Source: Piromyces finnis finn (taxonomy: Eukaryota > Fungi > Neocallimastigomycota). From it: a stretch of DNA of 64,000 nucleotides. Below are positions 30,812 through 42,271 of this stretch, piece by piece (the stretch's first letter is position 1; each line of letters starts with the position of its first letter). Both the position numbers and the translations under genes were made by a program. The DNA lies in the NCBI GenBank assembly GCA_002104945.1, contig MCFH01000090.1, positions 1 to 64,000 of the forward strand. The letters are read 5' to 3'. The notes beneath the pieces are model-generated. The model did not search any database and had not been told where the DNA came from. It saw nothing but the letters and a program-made list of their open reading frames with translations.

Positions 30812-32599
30812 TTAATTATGGAATTTAACACGACATTTATGAATGGTCTTCTTTGGCTTTTTAGTAGCTGGTTTTTTAGTTACCGGAATGGTTTGTCTCA
30901 TTACAGTAACAGTTTTAGTAATATGTCTAATTGTTGTTGAATTAATTTCTTCTTTAATTTCATCGTTTTCATCTAATTCAGTGGATTTTTCATCTTCAAT
31001 AATATCCTCATTAACATTTTCATCAATATTTTCATCAGCAGAATCAATTTCTTCAACCTCTTCAACTGGTGTTACTTCTTCTTCTTCTTTTTCTTCTTCT
31101 TCATCTGAATTTAATGAAGGTTCTTCTTCTGTAATTTCTTCGTCTTTAACTTCAATTACTTCTTCCTTAATAATACTAGTTGGTTCAATAGTAGTAGTAG
31201 TAGTAGTAGTAGTAGTAATTATTGGTTCAATAACACAAACACCTACTTCATTGGTAATGAAGCCTTTGTTACAAACACATTTGCCATCAATTAATGAACT
31301 TCCTTCTTTACATTTACTACATGTATTTCCATCAAGACAACTAGCACAGTTAACTGGACATGCTGAACATCTACATTTATCACCAATAAATGTTCCTTCA
31401 CCACAGCTCATATTAATAGTGAAACGAGCAATACCACTGGATTCAGCTGCTTTGAATTCCTTGTATGAAACTGATTCGGTTTCGCATTTTGGTAAGCTTC
31501 CACGATTGTAGTTTTCAATAGTGATTGAATATTGACTGAATTTAGCTGTAATGTTAGAAGCATTAACACTCCATTCTGCCTTTTCTTTTTGATCAACAAT
31601 GACATCTAAACAGTTATCGACAAATTCCTTTTGGAATTCTTCATAACTCAACTTTTTGTTGGATGAAATGGTACAGATTACTTGATCCTTGTTTTGTTCA
31701 CTACAACCATCTTGATAAATTTCTATTAAATACTTTTGGTTAACAAGAATACCATCCATATGTCCATTTTCGGATCCTTCTCTCTTGATAACGTATCCTT
31801 CATAATAATCACCAAAGAGTTCATCCATTTGTTCATAGTCAATATAGGAACTCTTAGCAGCTTTATAGAAGGCTGTGTTATTACATTTTTCACCATTAAT
31901 ATTGTCGGTAGAAAGATACCAAACCCAATGATTTCCACTAGTTTTGTCTCTACGATTGTAATCAATGTAAATACGACATTGTTCTCTGACACGATCTAAA
32001 CCAGTATTCATGTCCCAATGGATTATATCGTATGGAACATTGTTTGAAGAAGGACCGAATTCGGCAATATCGAATGCATGATTGATATCGAGTGGTGAAA
32101 CGTTAGAATAGTACAAGTAGGTTGCCATGAGAGCTTCTGTTTTGTAGGCTTGTTTAACAGAAAGTCCATCACAAGTTTTTAAATTCTTGATGAGTAATGA
32201 GAATTTTCCATCAACAACAGAAGCAACTGAAAAATCTTTGATTTCAACATTATTTTGTTTAATTTTAACATAATCCTTAATTTCATCATCTGTAAAACGA
32301 TAACCAGTTTTGTAATTGTTGAGACCTTCATTACCGTTCTTTAATTCATCGATTCTTAAATTGAAGGAACCGTCCTTGTTATTTTCTTTCTTTACAGAGA
32401 TGTTAACGATATCATTTTTAATACCAAAATTTACAAAGTTTATGAAGCATTGATCTTCTTTTCTTAAAACACCATCTTTAGTGTATTCAAGGGATACATT
32501 CTCAGCAGCCTTTTCATTGATTAAAGGAGAATCAGCATTTACAAAACAAACACTGGATAAAGAAAGTAAAGCAACAAACTTTAAAATATTCTTGAACAT
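30812..32599 (-). CDS. Secreted uncharacterised protein, copy 1 (595 aa): signal peptide, ~370-aa unrecognised domain, furin-like Cys-rich repeats, Thr/Glu-rich stalk, basic KKPKK..C tail
   Basis: Intronless ORF with coding-like composition. CSACPVNCASC..C..C motif. Near-identical to 34973-36592 and 39706-41442. Confidence 0.88.
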   Translation of the reverse strand: MFKNILKFVALLSLSSVCFVNADSPLINEKAAENVSLEYTKDGVLRKEDQCFINFVNFGIKNDIVNISVKKENNKDGSFNLRIDELKNGNEGLNNYKTGYRFTDDEIKDYVKIKQNNVEIKDFSVASVVDGKFSLLIKNLKTCDGLSVKQAYKTEALMATYLYYSNVSPLDINHAFDIAEFGPSSNNVPYDIIHWDMNTGLDRVREQCRIYIDYNRRDKTSGNHWVWYLSTDNINGEKCNNTAFYKAAKSSYIDYEQMDELFGDYYEGYVIKREGSENGHMDGILVNQKYLIEIYQDGCSEQNKDQVICTISSNKKLSYEEFQKEFVDNCLDVIVDQKEKAEWSVNASNITAKFSQYSITIENYNRGSLPKCETESVSYKEFKAAESSGIARFTINMSCGEGTFIGDKCRCSACPVNCASCLDGNTCSKCKEGSSLIDGKCVCNKGFITNEVGVCVIEPIITTTTTTTTTIEPTSIIKEEVIEVKDEEITEEEPSLNSDEEEEKEEEEVTPVEEVEEIDSADENIDENVNEDIIEDEKSTELDENDEIKEEINSTTIRHITKTVTVMRQTIPVTKKPATKKPKKTIHKCRVKFHN

Positions 32600-33042
32600 T
32601 TTGATATATTATTATTTCTTAAAGTGTTTTAAAATTTTAATTTATATTACAAGTAGAAAGTAGTTATATTTTTTTAGATTATATATTAAAATATATTACA
32701 ATTTGACTTTTAAAGTCAATAACATCTAAAAATTATTTAAAATACATAATATTATTAGTTAAATTATTAATTGTTAGTTAAAATTATTAATTATTAGTTA
32801 AATAAACTAATATTTTTAATCGTTTATTCTTACCTAAATATAGATGAAATATTAGGTGATTAATTAATAAAAATATTAATTATAATAATATTTTTAAACA
32901 ATATTACAATATTTGAATATTATAATGTTTGAAATTAATGATTATTAAAATAATTTTCAAAGTAAGAAAATCGAGGTCCTTTTATATTTCAAATTAAATA
33001 ACTTTAAAATATAAATTTTTATTTCATCTTTAATCAAACCTT

Positions 33043-33202
33043 TAATAAATATTTAATAAATATGATATTAAATCAATATTAGATATAATATAAAATTGAA
33101 ATATAAAATATACTATTTAATATAATAAATATTTAATAAATGTGATATTAAATCAATATTAGATATAATATAAAATTGAAATATAAAATATACTATTTAA
33201 TA
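33043..33202. repeat. 80-bp tandem duplication upstream of copy 1
   Basis: Units start at 33043 and 33123. The homologous region upstream of copy 3 (~39186-39265, inverted) has a single unit. Confidence 0.8.
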
Positions 33203-33672
33203 TAATTTAATAGTAATAATATATAACACTATTTAATAATATTCTATATATTTTAAATCAAAAAATTAATTTCTTTTATTACTTATTAATGAAAAAAAGG
33301 AAATTCCCTTATTTAATTTTAACATTAATAAATGTTATTTAATAAGTAATATTAATAATCTTGTTATATATTGTTATTAATAATTTAATTTTTTATTTTT
33401 TATTTTTTAAAAAACTATATTTATAATTAAAAAAAAAAACAATTTCAATAATTTTTTTTCTATATTAATTATTTATTTAATATTTATACATAGGAAAATT
33501 GTTTAAATTAAAATTAATAAAAAAAATAAATTAATATAAAATTTAATTTAGAATTCAGGATTCAATTTAATTTTTATATTAAAAAATAAATTCTAATACT
33601 TCTTTTAGTATTTAATAAAGTTCTTATAATTTTTATCTTTTTTTTTATTAATTAAACTTTTAATATACCAAC

Positions 33673-33751
33673 TTGATTTTAAATTGAAGAATAAAATTAT
33701 AGATTCTAAACATTAATACATCTATAATTTTATTCTTCAATTTAAAATCAA
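33673..33751. repeat. Perfect 32-bp inverted repeat with a 15-nt loop
   Basis: TTGATTTTAAATTGAAGAATAAAATTATAGAT (33673-33704) and its exact reverse complement at 33720-33751. Confidence 0.9.
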
Positions 33752-34972
33752 CTTATACTTATTAATATATTTAATATAAACATAATTTCTTTAAATATAT
33801 TTATAAAAAATGTGAAATTTTACAATATTTTATTTTTTTATTTAATAGTATATAATAAAATATGTATATAGAATTTATAATATAATTATTTATTAATTTA
33901 AAGATTAGATTAAAAATAATATAATGATTCTTATACTTTTAAATAATGAATTATGATACTACAACAACCACAATGAAACTATAATTCAAAATATTTAAAA
34001 AATTATTAAGAATTTTAACTATTTTTAAGGGTAAGTTATTAGTAAGTTATTATCTAAATTATTTAGTTAAAAAAGGTGAAATTGATAAGCACTCTTATTT
34101 ATATAATATATTATTAGATATTATTTTTAACAAAAATACATAGGAATGATGACTTATATATTTTTAATTAATATTAAATAAGAATTTAAACATAATTAAA
34201 AATAAATTGTAATATTTAATTAATTTTTAATATATATAATTAAATTAAATTATGAATTAAAAATTAAAACTTATATTAAAATTAGTTTTAATTTAAATTA
34301 TTTTCCTTGAATAAATATTAATTATTTAAGTAAATAAAAAAATTAAATAGTAATAGAGTTTTAAAAAATGTTAAATATGTGTGGTTTTATAATATCAAAA
34401 ACTAATTAAATTATAATAATTTATAAAATTATTAATAATATAAAGAAAATTTCCTTTATTCAATTTAATAAAAATTTAATATTTAATATTTAATATTAAA
34501 TATTTAGTAAAAATTGATATTATTAATATACTTAATGATTCAATTTATTTAAATTTAAAGCCCAAATAAAAATTTATGTTTTAAAGTATAAAAGGAACTT
34601 GATTTTTCTTTTCCAAAAAATTGTTTCAATAATATATTAAACTTCAAAAATTATTATATTTAAATATTCTAATCTTTTTTAAAAATATTATCATAATACT
34701 TTTATTAATTAATCACCTAATATTTCATCTATATTTAGGTAAGAATAAACGATTAAAAATATTAGTTTATTTAACTAATAATTAATAATTTTAACTAACA
34801 ATTAATAATTTAACTAATAATATTATGTATTTTAAATAATTTTTAGATGTTATTGACTTTAAAAGTCAAATTGTAATATATTTTAATATATAATCTAAAA
34901 AAATATAACTACTTTCTACTTGTAATATAAATTAAAATTTTAAAACACTTTAAGAAATAATAATATATCAAA

Positions 34973-36592
34973 ATGTTCAAGAATATTTTAAAGTTTGTTG
35001 CTTTACTTTCTTTATCCAGTGTTTGTTTTGTAAATGCTGATTCTCCTTTAATCAATGAAAAGGCTGCTGAGAATGTATCCCTTGAATACACTAAAGATGG
35101 TGTTTTAAGAAAAGAAGATCAATGCTTCATAAACTTTGTAAATTTTGGTATTAAAAATGATATCGTTAACATCTCTGTAAAGAAAGAAAATAACAAGGAC
35201 GGTTCCTTCAATTTAAGAATCGGTGAATTAAAGAACGGTAATGAAGGTCTCAACAATTATAAAACTGGTTATCGTTTTACAGATGATGAAATTAAGGATT
35301 ATGTTAAAATTAAACAAAATAATGTTGAAATCAAAGATTTTTCAGTTGCTTCTGTTGTTGATGGAAAATTCTCATTACTCATCAAGAATTTAAAAACTTG
35401 TGATGAACTTTCTGTTAAACAAGCCTACAAAACAGAAGCTCTCATGGCAACCTACTTGTACTATTCTAACGTTTCACCACTCGATATCAATCATGCATTC
35501 GATATTGCCGAATTCGGTCCTTCTTCAAACAATGTTCCATACGATATAATCCATTGGGACATGAATACTGGTTTAGATCGTGTCAGAGAACAATGTCGTA
35601 TTTACATTGATTACAATCGTAGAGACAAAACTAGTGGAAATCATTGGGTTTGGTATCTTTCTACCGACAATATTAATGGTGAAAAATGTAATAACACAGC
35701 CTTCTATAAAGCTGCTAAGAGTTCCTATATTGACTATGAACAAATGGATGAACTCTTTGGTGATTATTATGAAGGATACGTTATCAAGAGAGAAGGATCC
35801 GAAAATGGACATATGGATGGTATTCTTGTTAACCAAAAGTATTTAATAGAAATTTATCAAGATGGTTGTAGTGAACAAAACAAGGATCAAGTAATCTGTA
35901 CCATTTCATCCAACAAAAAGTTGAGTTATGAAGAATTCCAAAAGGAATTTGTCGATAACTGTTTAGATGTCATTGTTGATCAAAAAGAAAAGGCAGAATG
36001 GAGTGTTAATGCTTCTAACATTACAGCTAAATTCAGTCAATATTCAATCAATATTGAAAACTACAATCGTGGAAGCTTACCAAAGTACGAAACCGAATCA
36101 GTTTCATACAAGGAATTCAAAGCAGCTGAATCCAGTGGCATTGCTCGTTTCACTATTAATATGAGCTGTGGTGAAGGAACATTTATTGGTGATAAATGTA
36201 GATGTTCAGCATGTCCAGTTAACTGTGCTAGTTGTCTTGATGGAAATACATGTAGTAAATGTAAAGAAGGAAGTTCATTAATTGATGGCAAATGTGTTTG
36301 TAACAAAGGCTTCATTACCAATGAAGTAGGTGTTTGTGTTATTGAACCAGTAACTACTACTACTACTATTACTATTGAAGAAACTATTGAACCAACACCA
36401 ACAATTATTATTGAAGATGAAAAATCCACTGAATTAAATGAAAATGAAGAAATTAATTCAACTACTATTAATCATGTTACTAAAACTGCTACTGTAATGA
36501 AACAATCCATTCCAGCAACTAAAAAGCCAGTTACTAAAAAACCAAAAAAGATTATTCGTAAATGTCGTGCTAAATTCCATAATGAAATTTAA
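34973..36592 (+). CDS. Secreted uncharacterised protein, copy 2 (539 aa); lacks the Glu-rich stalk segment
   Basis: First ~455 aa are almost identical to copy 1; C-terminal stalk is shorter. Confidence 0.88.
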   Translation: MFKNILKFVALLSLSSVCFVNADSPLINEKAAENVSLEYTKDGVLRKEDQCFINFVNFGIKNDIVNISVKKENNKDGSFNLRIGELKNGNEGLNNYKTGYRFTDDEIKDYVKIKQNNVEIKDFSVASVVDGKFSLLIKNLKTCDELSVKQAYKTEALMATYLYYSNVSPLDINHAFDIAEFGPSSNNVPYDIIHWDMNTGLDRVREQCRIYIDYNRRDKTSGNHWVWYLSTDNINGEKCNNTAFYKAAKSSYIDYEQMDELFGDYYEGYVIKREGSENGHMDGILVNQKYLIEIYQDGCSEQNKDQVICTISSNKKLSYEEFQKEFVDNCLDVIVDQKEKAEWSVNASNITAKFSQYSINIENYNRGSLPKYETESVSYKEFKAAESSGIARFTINMSCGEGTFIGDKCRCSACPVNCASCLDGNTCSKCKEGSSLIDGKCVCNKGFITNEVGVCVIEPVTTTTTITIEETIEPTPTIIIEDEKSTELNENEEINSTTINHVTKTATVMKQSIPATKKPVTKKPKKIIRKCRAKFHNEI

Positions 36593-37929
36593 TAATCTAT
36601 AATATTTAATTTATTATAAAAACAAAATTAAACATAACATAGAAATAATAAAAGATATAAACATGATAGATGTAATTATATAAATTAATATTAATAAAAA
36701 TATGTATCAAATTCTTTTTTATATTATTAAATTATTATTCTTAATAAAAATAATTTTATAATTATACCAAAAAAAAAAAAAAAAAAAAATTAATTTATAG
36801 TATTTAAATAAGAGAAAATTTTATGTGTTTATGATAATATAAAAAAGTATAAAAAATTATTAATGTTTTTAAAACGAATTTTTAATATTAGTTATTACTT
36901 TATATATATATATATTATTTGATTATTTGTTTTTTGTATTTTTTTAATATTTATATTTTTTTAATTAAAATAAAATTTATTTTATTTGAATATTTTATAT
37001 TTTAAAATTAAAGTAATTTCTAAACTTTATTGATTATAATTAAATAATATTTAGTTGGAAAAATAAAACGTATTTTTTTCTGCATTTTTCTTTTCCTTTT
37101 CATGTATTAATGCTATTTTCCTGTAAAAATATCTATATAATTAACTATAGATATTTTTATATTTTACTTATATCTATAATTGTCTTATTTCATAAAAGGG
37201 AATAGTCCACTATATATACTGCAAAATATCAATTATAGTCTTATTGATTATTCAACTTCGCTTTAGATTAATATATTAATATAAATATATTTATGAAAAT
37301 TCAAGTCAATTAATATCAGTACAAATAATATATTTAATACTTCCAGTACTTTTAAAAAAAAGGTAATTTTTATAAAATTAAAAAAAAAATAAAAAGAAAG
37401 AAAGAAAAGAAATATGAAAATTAAACTACTTATATTTTGTTTTAAATATTTATAGTTTTTTTAAAAATAAATAATAAAAAGTGGAAATAATTCCGCAATA
37501 TAATTATTTTTTTTTTTTTTTAATTTAAAAGATTTATTATTTTTAATTATATTTAATTATATATTAACCATTTCTTTTATTTTTGTAATTTATTATTCAT
37601 TCATAGTATTTCTAATCTTGGTTAAAATTTAAAAATTTTTAATTCTACTTCTTTTATTTTTTTAAAATAAATAAGAAGAGTATAAAATATTCATTATAAT
37701 ATTTCCCTTTCAAAAAATATTAATAATAAATTTATATAGAATTATTAATAAATATCATAATGATTAATTGCTTAAAATGGTATAAATTTATAAATATAAA
37801 AATAATGATAGTAATACTCTAATATATATTGCATGTCAAAAAGGTGATATAGATTATGTAATATATTTAATTGATGATAGTGTATAAATATTCATTTCAA
37901 ATAATAATATAGATATACTTTTAACTTTG

Positions 37930-38280
37930 GAAAATAAAATGAGAGATAAAAATATTGTTAAACTCTTAAAATGCAGAAAATTAAAATATAATCAAAAAAA
38001 TACATAAAAAGAAAATATTGAACCAAGTTATATCAATTATTTATTTAAAAATGTTATGAATAATAACGAAGAAAGATTAAATATAAATACTTGAGAGTAT
38101 AATTAAATTTACCACTATTGTGTTTGTGAACAAGGAAATGAAAAAAGTGTTAATCTTATTAAATATTTAATTAAAATAAGAAAGTATTAATATTATAAGT
38201 ATTGATAAATACTTTTATATTTTACCGATGAAAAAGGAAATGAAAATATAAATAAAATAAGAATTGAAAATTTGAATAAA
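37930..38280 (+). pseudogene. Possible decayed ankyrin-repeat gene fragment
   Basis: Short frames such as CEQGNEKSVNLIKYLIKI resemble ankyrin helices, but the region is full of stops. Confidence 0.3.
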
Positions 38281-39705
38281 AAAATAGTATATCGATAATA
38301 AATTCTAACATTTAGGATGTAATAGATAAAATTAATTTTTCATAATATATTTTATAATTAGTACCCCTGTCTAATTCTGACAAAAATAAGCATTTTAATA
38401 ATAATTTATTAAGTATTAAATAAAATTGTTTAAACTCTTTTTAATAATTAAACTTAATTCATTATTAAAAATAAATAAAAATTATTTGATTTTTTCAGAT
38501 AAAAATGCATAGAATATTTATTTATAAAATTCACCATTATTTTAAATAAAAAATGTGATTTTTTTAATATTTTATAATAATAATTTTTTTAACATATCTA
38601 TTAATAATTAATTATATATATGAATAAAAAAAGAAGTAATATCTGGTATATTAAAATTTAATTAATCCAAAAAGGATAAAAATATTAAAATAAGAACTTT
38701 ATTAAATATTAAAATCAGAATTAAAGATTAAATTTTTATATTAAATTGGTTTTTAATATAATATTAAATTAAATTTTAAATTAAAAATTAATAATTTATA
38801 TTAAAATTACATTTTTTATTAATTTTAATTTGAATAATTTTCCTTGTATAAATATCAAAAAAAAAATATTTAATATAGAATAAAATTAAATATTAAAAAT
38901 GTTTTTTTTTTAATATTATAATTTTAAAAAAGTGATGGTTTACAATAAAAAATTAATTTAAAAGTTAATAATTATTTAATTTATTAAAATAAAAAAAAAT
39001 TAAAACAAATAAGAAAATTTAAAAAATGAATTATAAAAAAATATTAAAAAAAATTTTCCCATAGTTAATTTAATATCTATTAAATATTAGAAAGGCTTTA
39101 TTAAGTAATAAATAATAATAGTAAAGAAATTAATTTTCAAAATATAAAATATTATTTAATGATATTATTATTAAATGGAATTGCTATTAAATAGTATATT
39201 TTATGTTTCAATTTTATTATATCTAATATTGATTTAATATCATATTTATTAAATATTTATTAAAGGTTTGATTAAAGATGAAATAAAAATTTATATTTTA
39301 AAGTTATTTAATTTGAAATATAAAAGGACCTCGATTTTCTTATTTTGAAAATTATTTTAATAATCATTAATTTCAAACATTATAATATTCAAATATTGTA
39401 ATATTGTTTAAAAATATTATTATAATTAATATTTTTATTAATTAATCACCTAATATTTCATCTATATTTAGGTAAGAATAAACGATTAAAAATATTAGTT
39501 TATTTAACTAATAATTAATAATTTTAACTAACAATTAATAATTTAACTAATAATATTATGTATTTTAAATAATTTTTAGATGTTATTGACTTTAAAAGTC
39601 AAATTGTAATATATTTTAATATATAATCTAAAAAAATATAACTACTTTCTACTTGTAATATAAATTAAAATTTTAAAACACTTTAAGAAATAATAATATA
39701 TCAAA

Positions 39706-41442
39706 ATGTTCAAGAATATTTTAAAGTTTGTTGCTTTACTTTCTTTATCCAGTGTTTGTTTTGTAAATGCTGATTCTCCTTTAATCAATGAAAAGGCTGC
39801 TGAGAATGTATCCCTTGAATACACTAAAGATGGTGTTTTAAGAAAAGAAGATCAATGCTTCATAAACTTTGTAAATTTTGGTATTAAAAATGATATCGTT
39901 AACATCTCTGTAAAGAAAGAAAATAACAAGGACGGTTCCTTCAATTTAAGAATCGGTGAATTAAAGAACGGTAATGAAGGTCTCAACAATTATAAAACTG
40001 GTTATCGTTTTACAGATGATGAAATTAAGGATTATGTTAAAATTAAACAAAATAATGTTGAAATCAAAGATTTTTCAGTTGCTTCTGTTGTTGATGGAAA
40101 ATTCTCATTACTCATCAAGAATTTAAAAACTTGTGATGGACTTTCTGTTAAACAAGCCTACAAAACAGAAGCTCTCATGGCAACCTACTTGTACTATTCT
40201 AACGTTTCACCACTCGATATCAATCATGCATTCGATATTGCCGAATTCGGTCCTTCTTCAAACAATGTTCCATACGATATAATCCATTGGGACATGAATA
40301 CTGGTTTAGATCGTGTCAGAGAACAATGTCGTATTTACATTGATTACAATCGTAGAGAACAAACTGGTGGAAACCATTGGGTTTGGTATCTTTCTACCGA
40401 CAATATTAATGGTGAAAAATGTAATAACACAGCCTTCTATAAAGCTGCTAAGAGTTCCTATATTGACTATGAACAAATGGATGAACTCTTTGGTGATTAT
40501 TATGAAGGATACGTTATCAAGAGAGAAGGATCCGAAAATGGACATATGGATGGTATTCTTGTTAACCAAAAGTATTTAATAGAAATTTATCAAGATGGTT
40601 GTAGTGAACAAAACAAGGATCAAGTAATCTGTACCATTTCATCCAACAAAAAGTTGAGTTATGAAGAATTCCAAAAGGAATTTGTCGATAACTGTTTAGA
40701 TGTCATTGTTGATCAAAAAGAAAAGGCAGAATGGAGTGTTAATGCTTCTAACATTACAGCTAAATTCAGTCAATATTCAATCAATATTGAAAACTACAAT
40801 CGTGGAAGCTTACCAAAATGCGAAACCGAATCAGTTTCATACAAGGAATTCAAAGCAGCTGAATCCAGTGGCATTGCTCGTTTCACTATTAATATGAGCT
40901 GTGGTGAAGGAACATTTATTGGTGATAAATGTAGATGTTCAGCATGTCCAGTTAACTGTGCTAGTTGTCTTGATGGAAATACATGTAGTAAATGTAACAA
41001 GGGATTTATTACCAATGAAGAAGGAACTTGTGAACCAATTACTACTATTAAACCAATCACCACCAATACTACTACTACTATCGAAGAAACTATTGAACCA
41101 ACTGTTATTATTGAAGAAGCAGTCACGGATATTAAAGACAAAGAAACTACAGAAGAAGAATCTTCATTAAATTCAGATGAAGAAGAAGAAAAAGAAGAAG
41201 CAGAAGAAGTAACACCAGTTGAAGAGGTTGAAGAAATTGATTCTGCTGATGAAAATATTGATGAAAATGTTAATGAGGATATTATTGAAGATGAAAAATC
41301 CACTGAATTAGATGAAAATAAAGAAACTAAAGAAGAAATTAATTCAACTACCATCAGACATATTACTAAAACTGTTACTGTTCCAGTAACTAAAAAACCA
41401 AAGAAGACAATTCGTAAATGTCGTGTTAAACTCCATTATTAA
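39706..41442 (+). CDS. Secreted uncharacterised protein, copy 3 (578 aa); lacks one Cys-rich unit (KEGSSLIDGKCVC)
   Basis: Near-identical N-terminal domain. REQTGG replaces RDKTSG. The Glu-rich stalk is shared with copy 1. Confidence 0.88.
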   Translation: MFKNILKFVALLSLSSVCFVNADSPLINEKAAENVSLEYTKDGVLRKEDQCFINFVNFGIKNDIVNISVKKENNKDGSFNLRIGELKNGNEGLNNYKTGYRFTDDEIKDYVKIKQNNVEIKDFSVASVVDGKFSLLIKNLKTCDGLSVKQAYKTEALMATYLYYSNVSPLDINHAFDIAEFGPSSNNVPYDIIHWDMNTGLDRVREQCRIYIDYNRREQTGGNHWVWYLSTDNINGEKCNNTAFYKAAKSSYIDYEQMDELFGDYYEGYVIKREGSENGHMDGILVNQKYLIEIYQDGCSEQNKDQVICTISSNKKLSYEEFQKEFVDNCLDVIVDQKEKAEWSVNASNITAKFSQYSINIENYNRGSLPKCETESVSYKEFKAAESSGIARFTINMSCGEGTFIGDKCRCSACPVNCASCLDGNTCSKCNKGFITNEEGTCEPITTIKPITTNTTTTIEETIEPTVIIEEAVTDIKDKETTEEESSLNSDEEEEKEEAEEVTPVEEVEEIDSADENIDENVNEDIIEDEKSTELDENKETKEEINSTTIRHITKTVTVPVTKKPKKTIRKCRVKLHY

Positions 41443-42271
41443 TTTTTATATTTAATAATATTTAATTATATAATATTAAAATAAAACAATATAGAAATAA
41501 TAGAGATGATATAATATATTAAAGAAATAAATATATAATATATATAAATAAAAATAGATAAAATTTATACTTAATAATATTATCAAAACAAATTTATTTT
41601 CATATATTTAATAATAATTAGTAATATGAAAAATAAATTATATAAAAAAAGAAATAAATATAATATGAAAATATAAATATAGATATTTTTTTCAGAATTA
41701 TTTAGTGTAATTGGATATTTTTATTCCTTTTTAAAAGCATATAGAAAGTTAAATAATATTTATCTTTTTTTTCTTTTTGACTTGTATTAATAACATATGC
41801 TACTTTAAAAGTAGTACATATTTGGAAACATTGTTTGTTTTATATCCAAATTTTTAAATTTAAGATAAATATCAAATAAACAAAGTTTTCCAAATTATTA
41901 CTGTTTAAAATCATATCCATTAAATGTTCAGAATAATATATCAATTATATATATATAGAAAGAAAGAGAGAGAAATAATCAAAAGGAAAAAAAAGTATTT
42001 ACAGAAAGAGTTGATTTTTATACTATGTATATATTTGATATATTTTTTAAAATATATTCCTTTCTGTCTTCTCCTTTATTATTAAAATTAAAAATATATA
42101 TGATTTTCAACTTGATAATTATCTATTATTTTTATTATATTTTAATTGTTTTATTTTTATTATTTTATTTTATTTATATTTATATTTTAATATAGAGTTT
42201 TATTTTTATTATTCAAATTACATTAATATATTTATTATTTTTTAATATTGTTTTTTATTGTAATAATAGAG

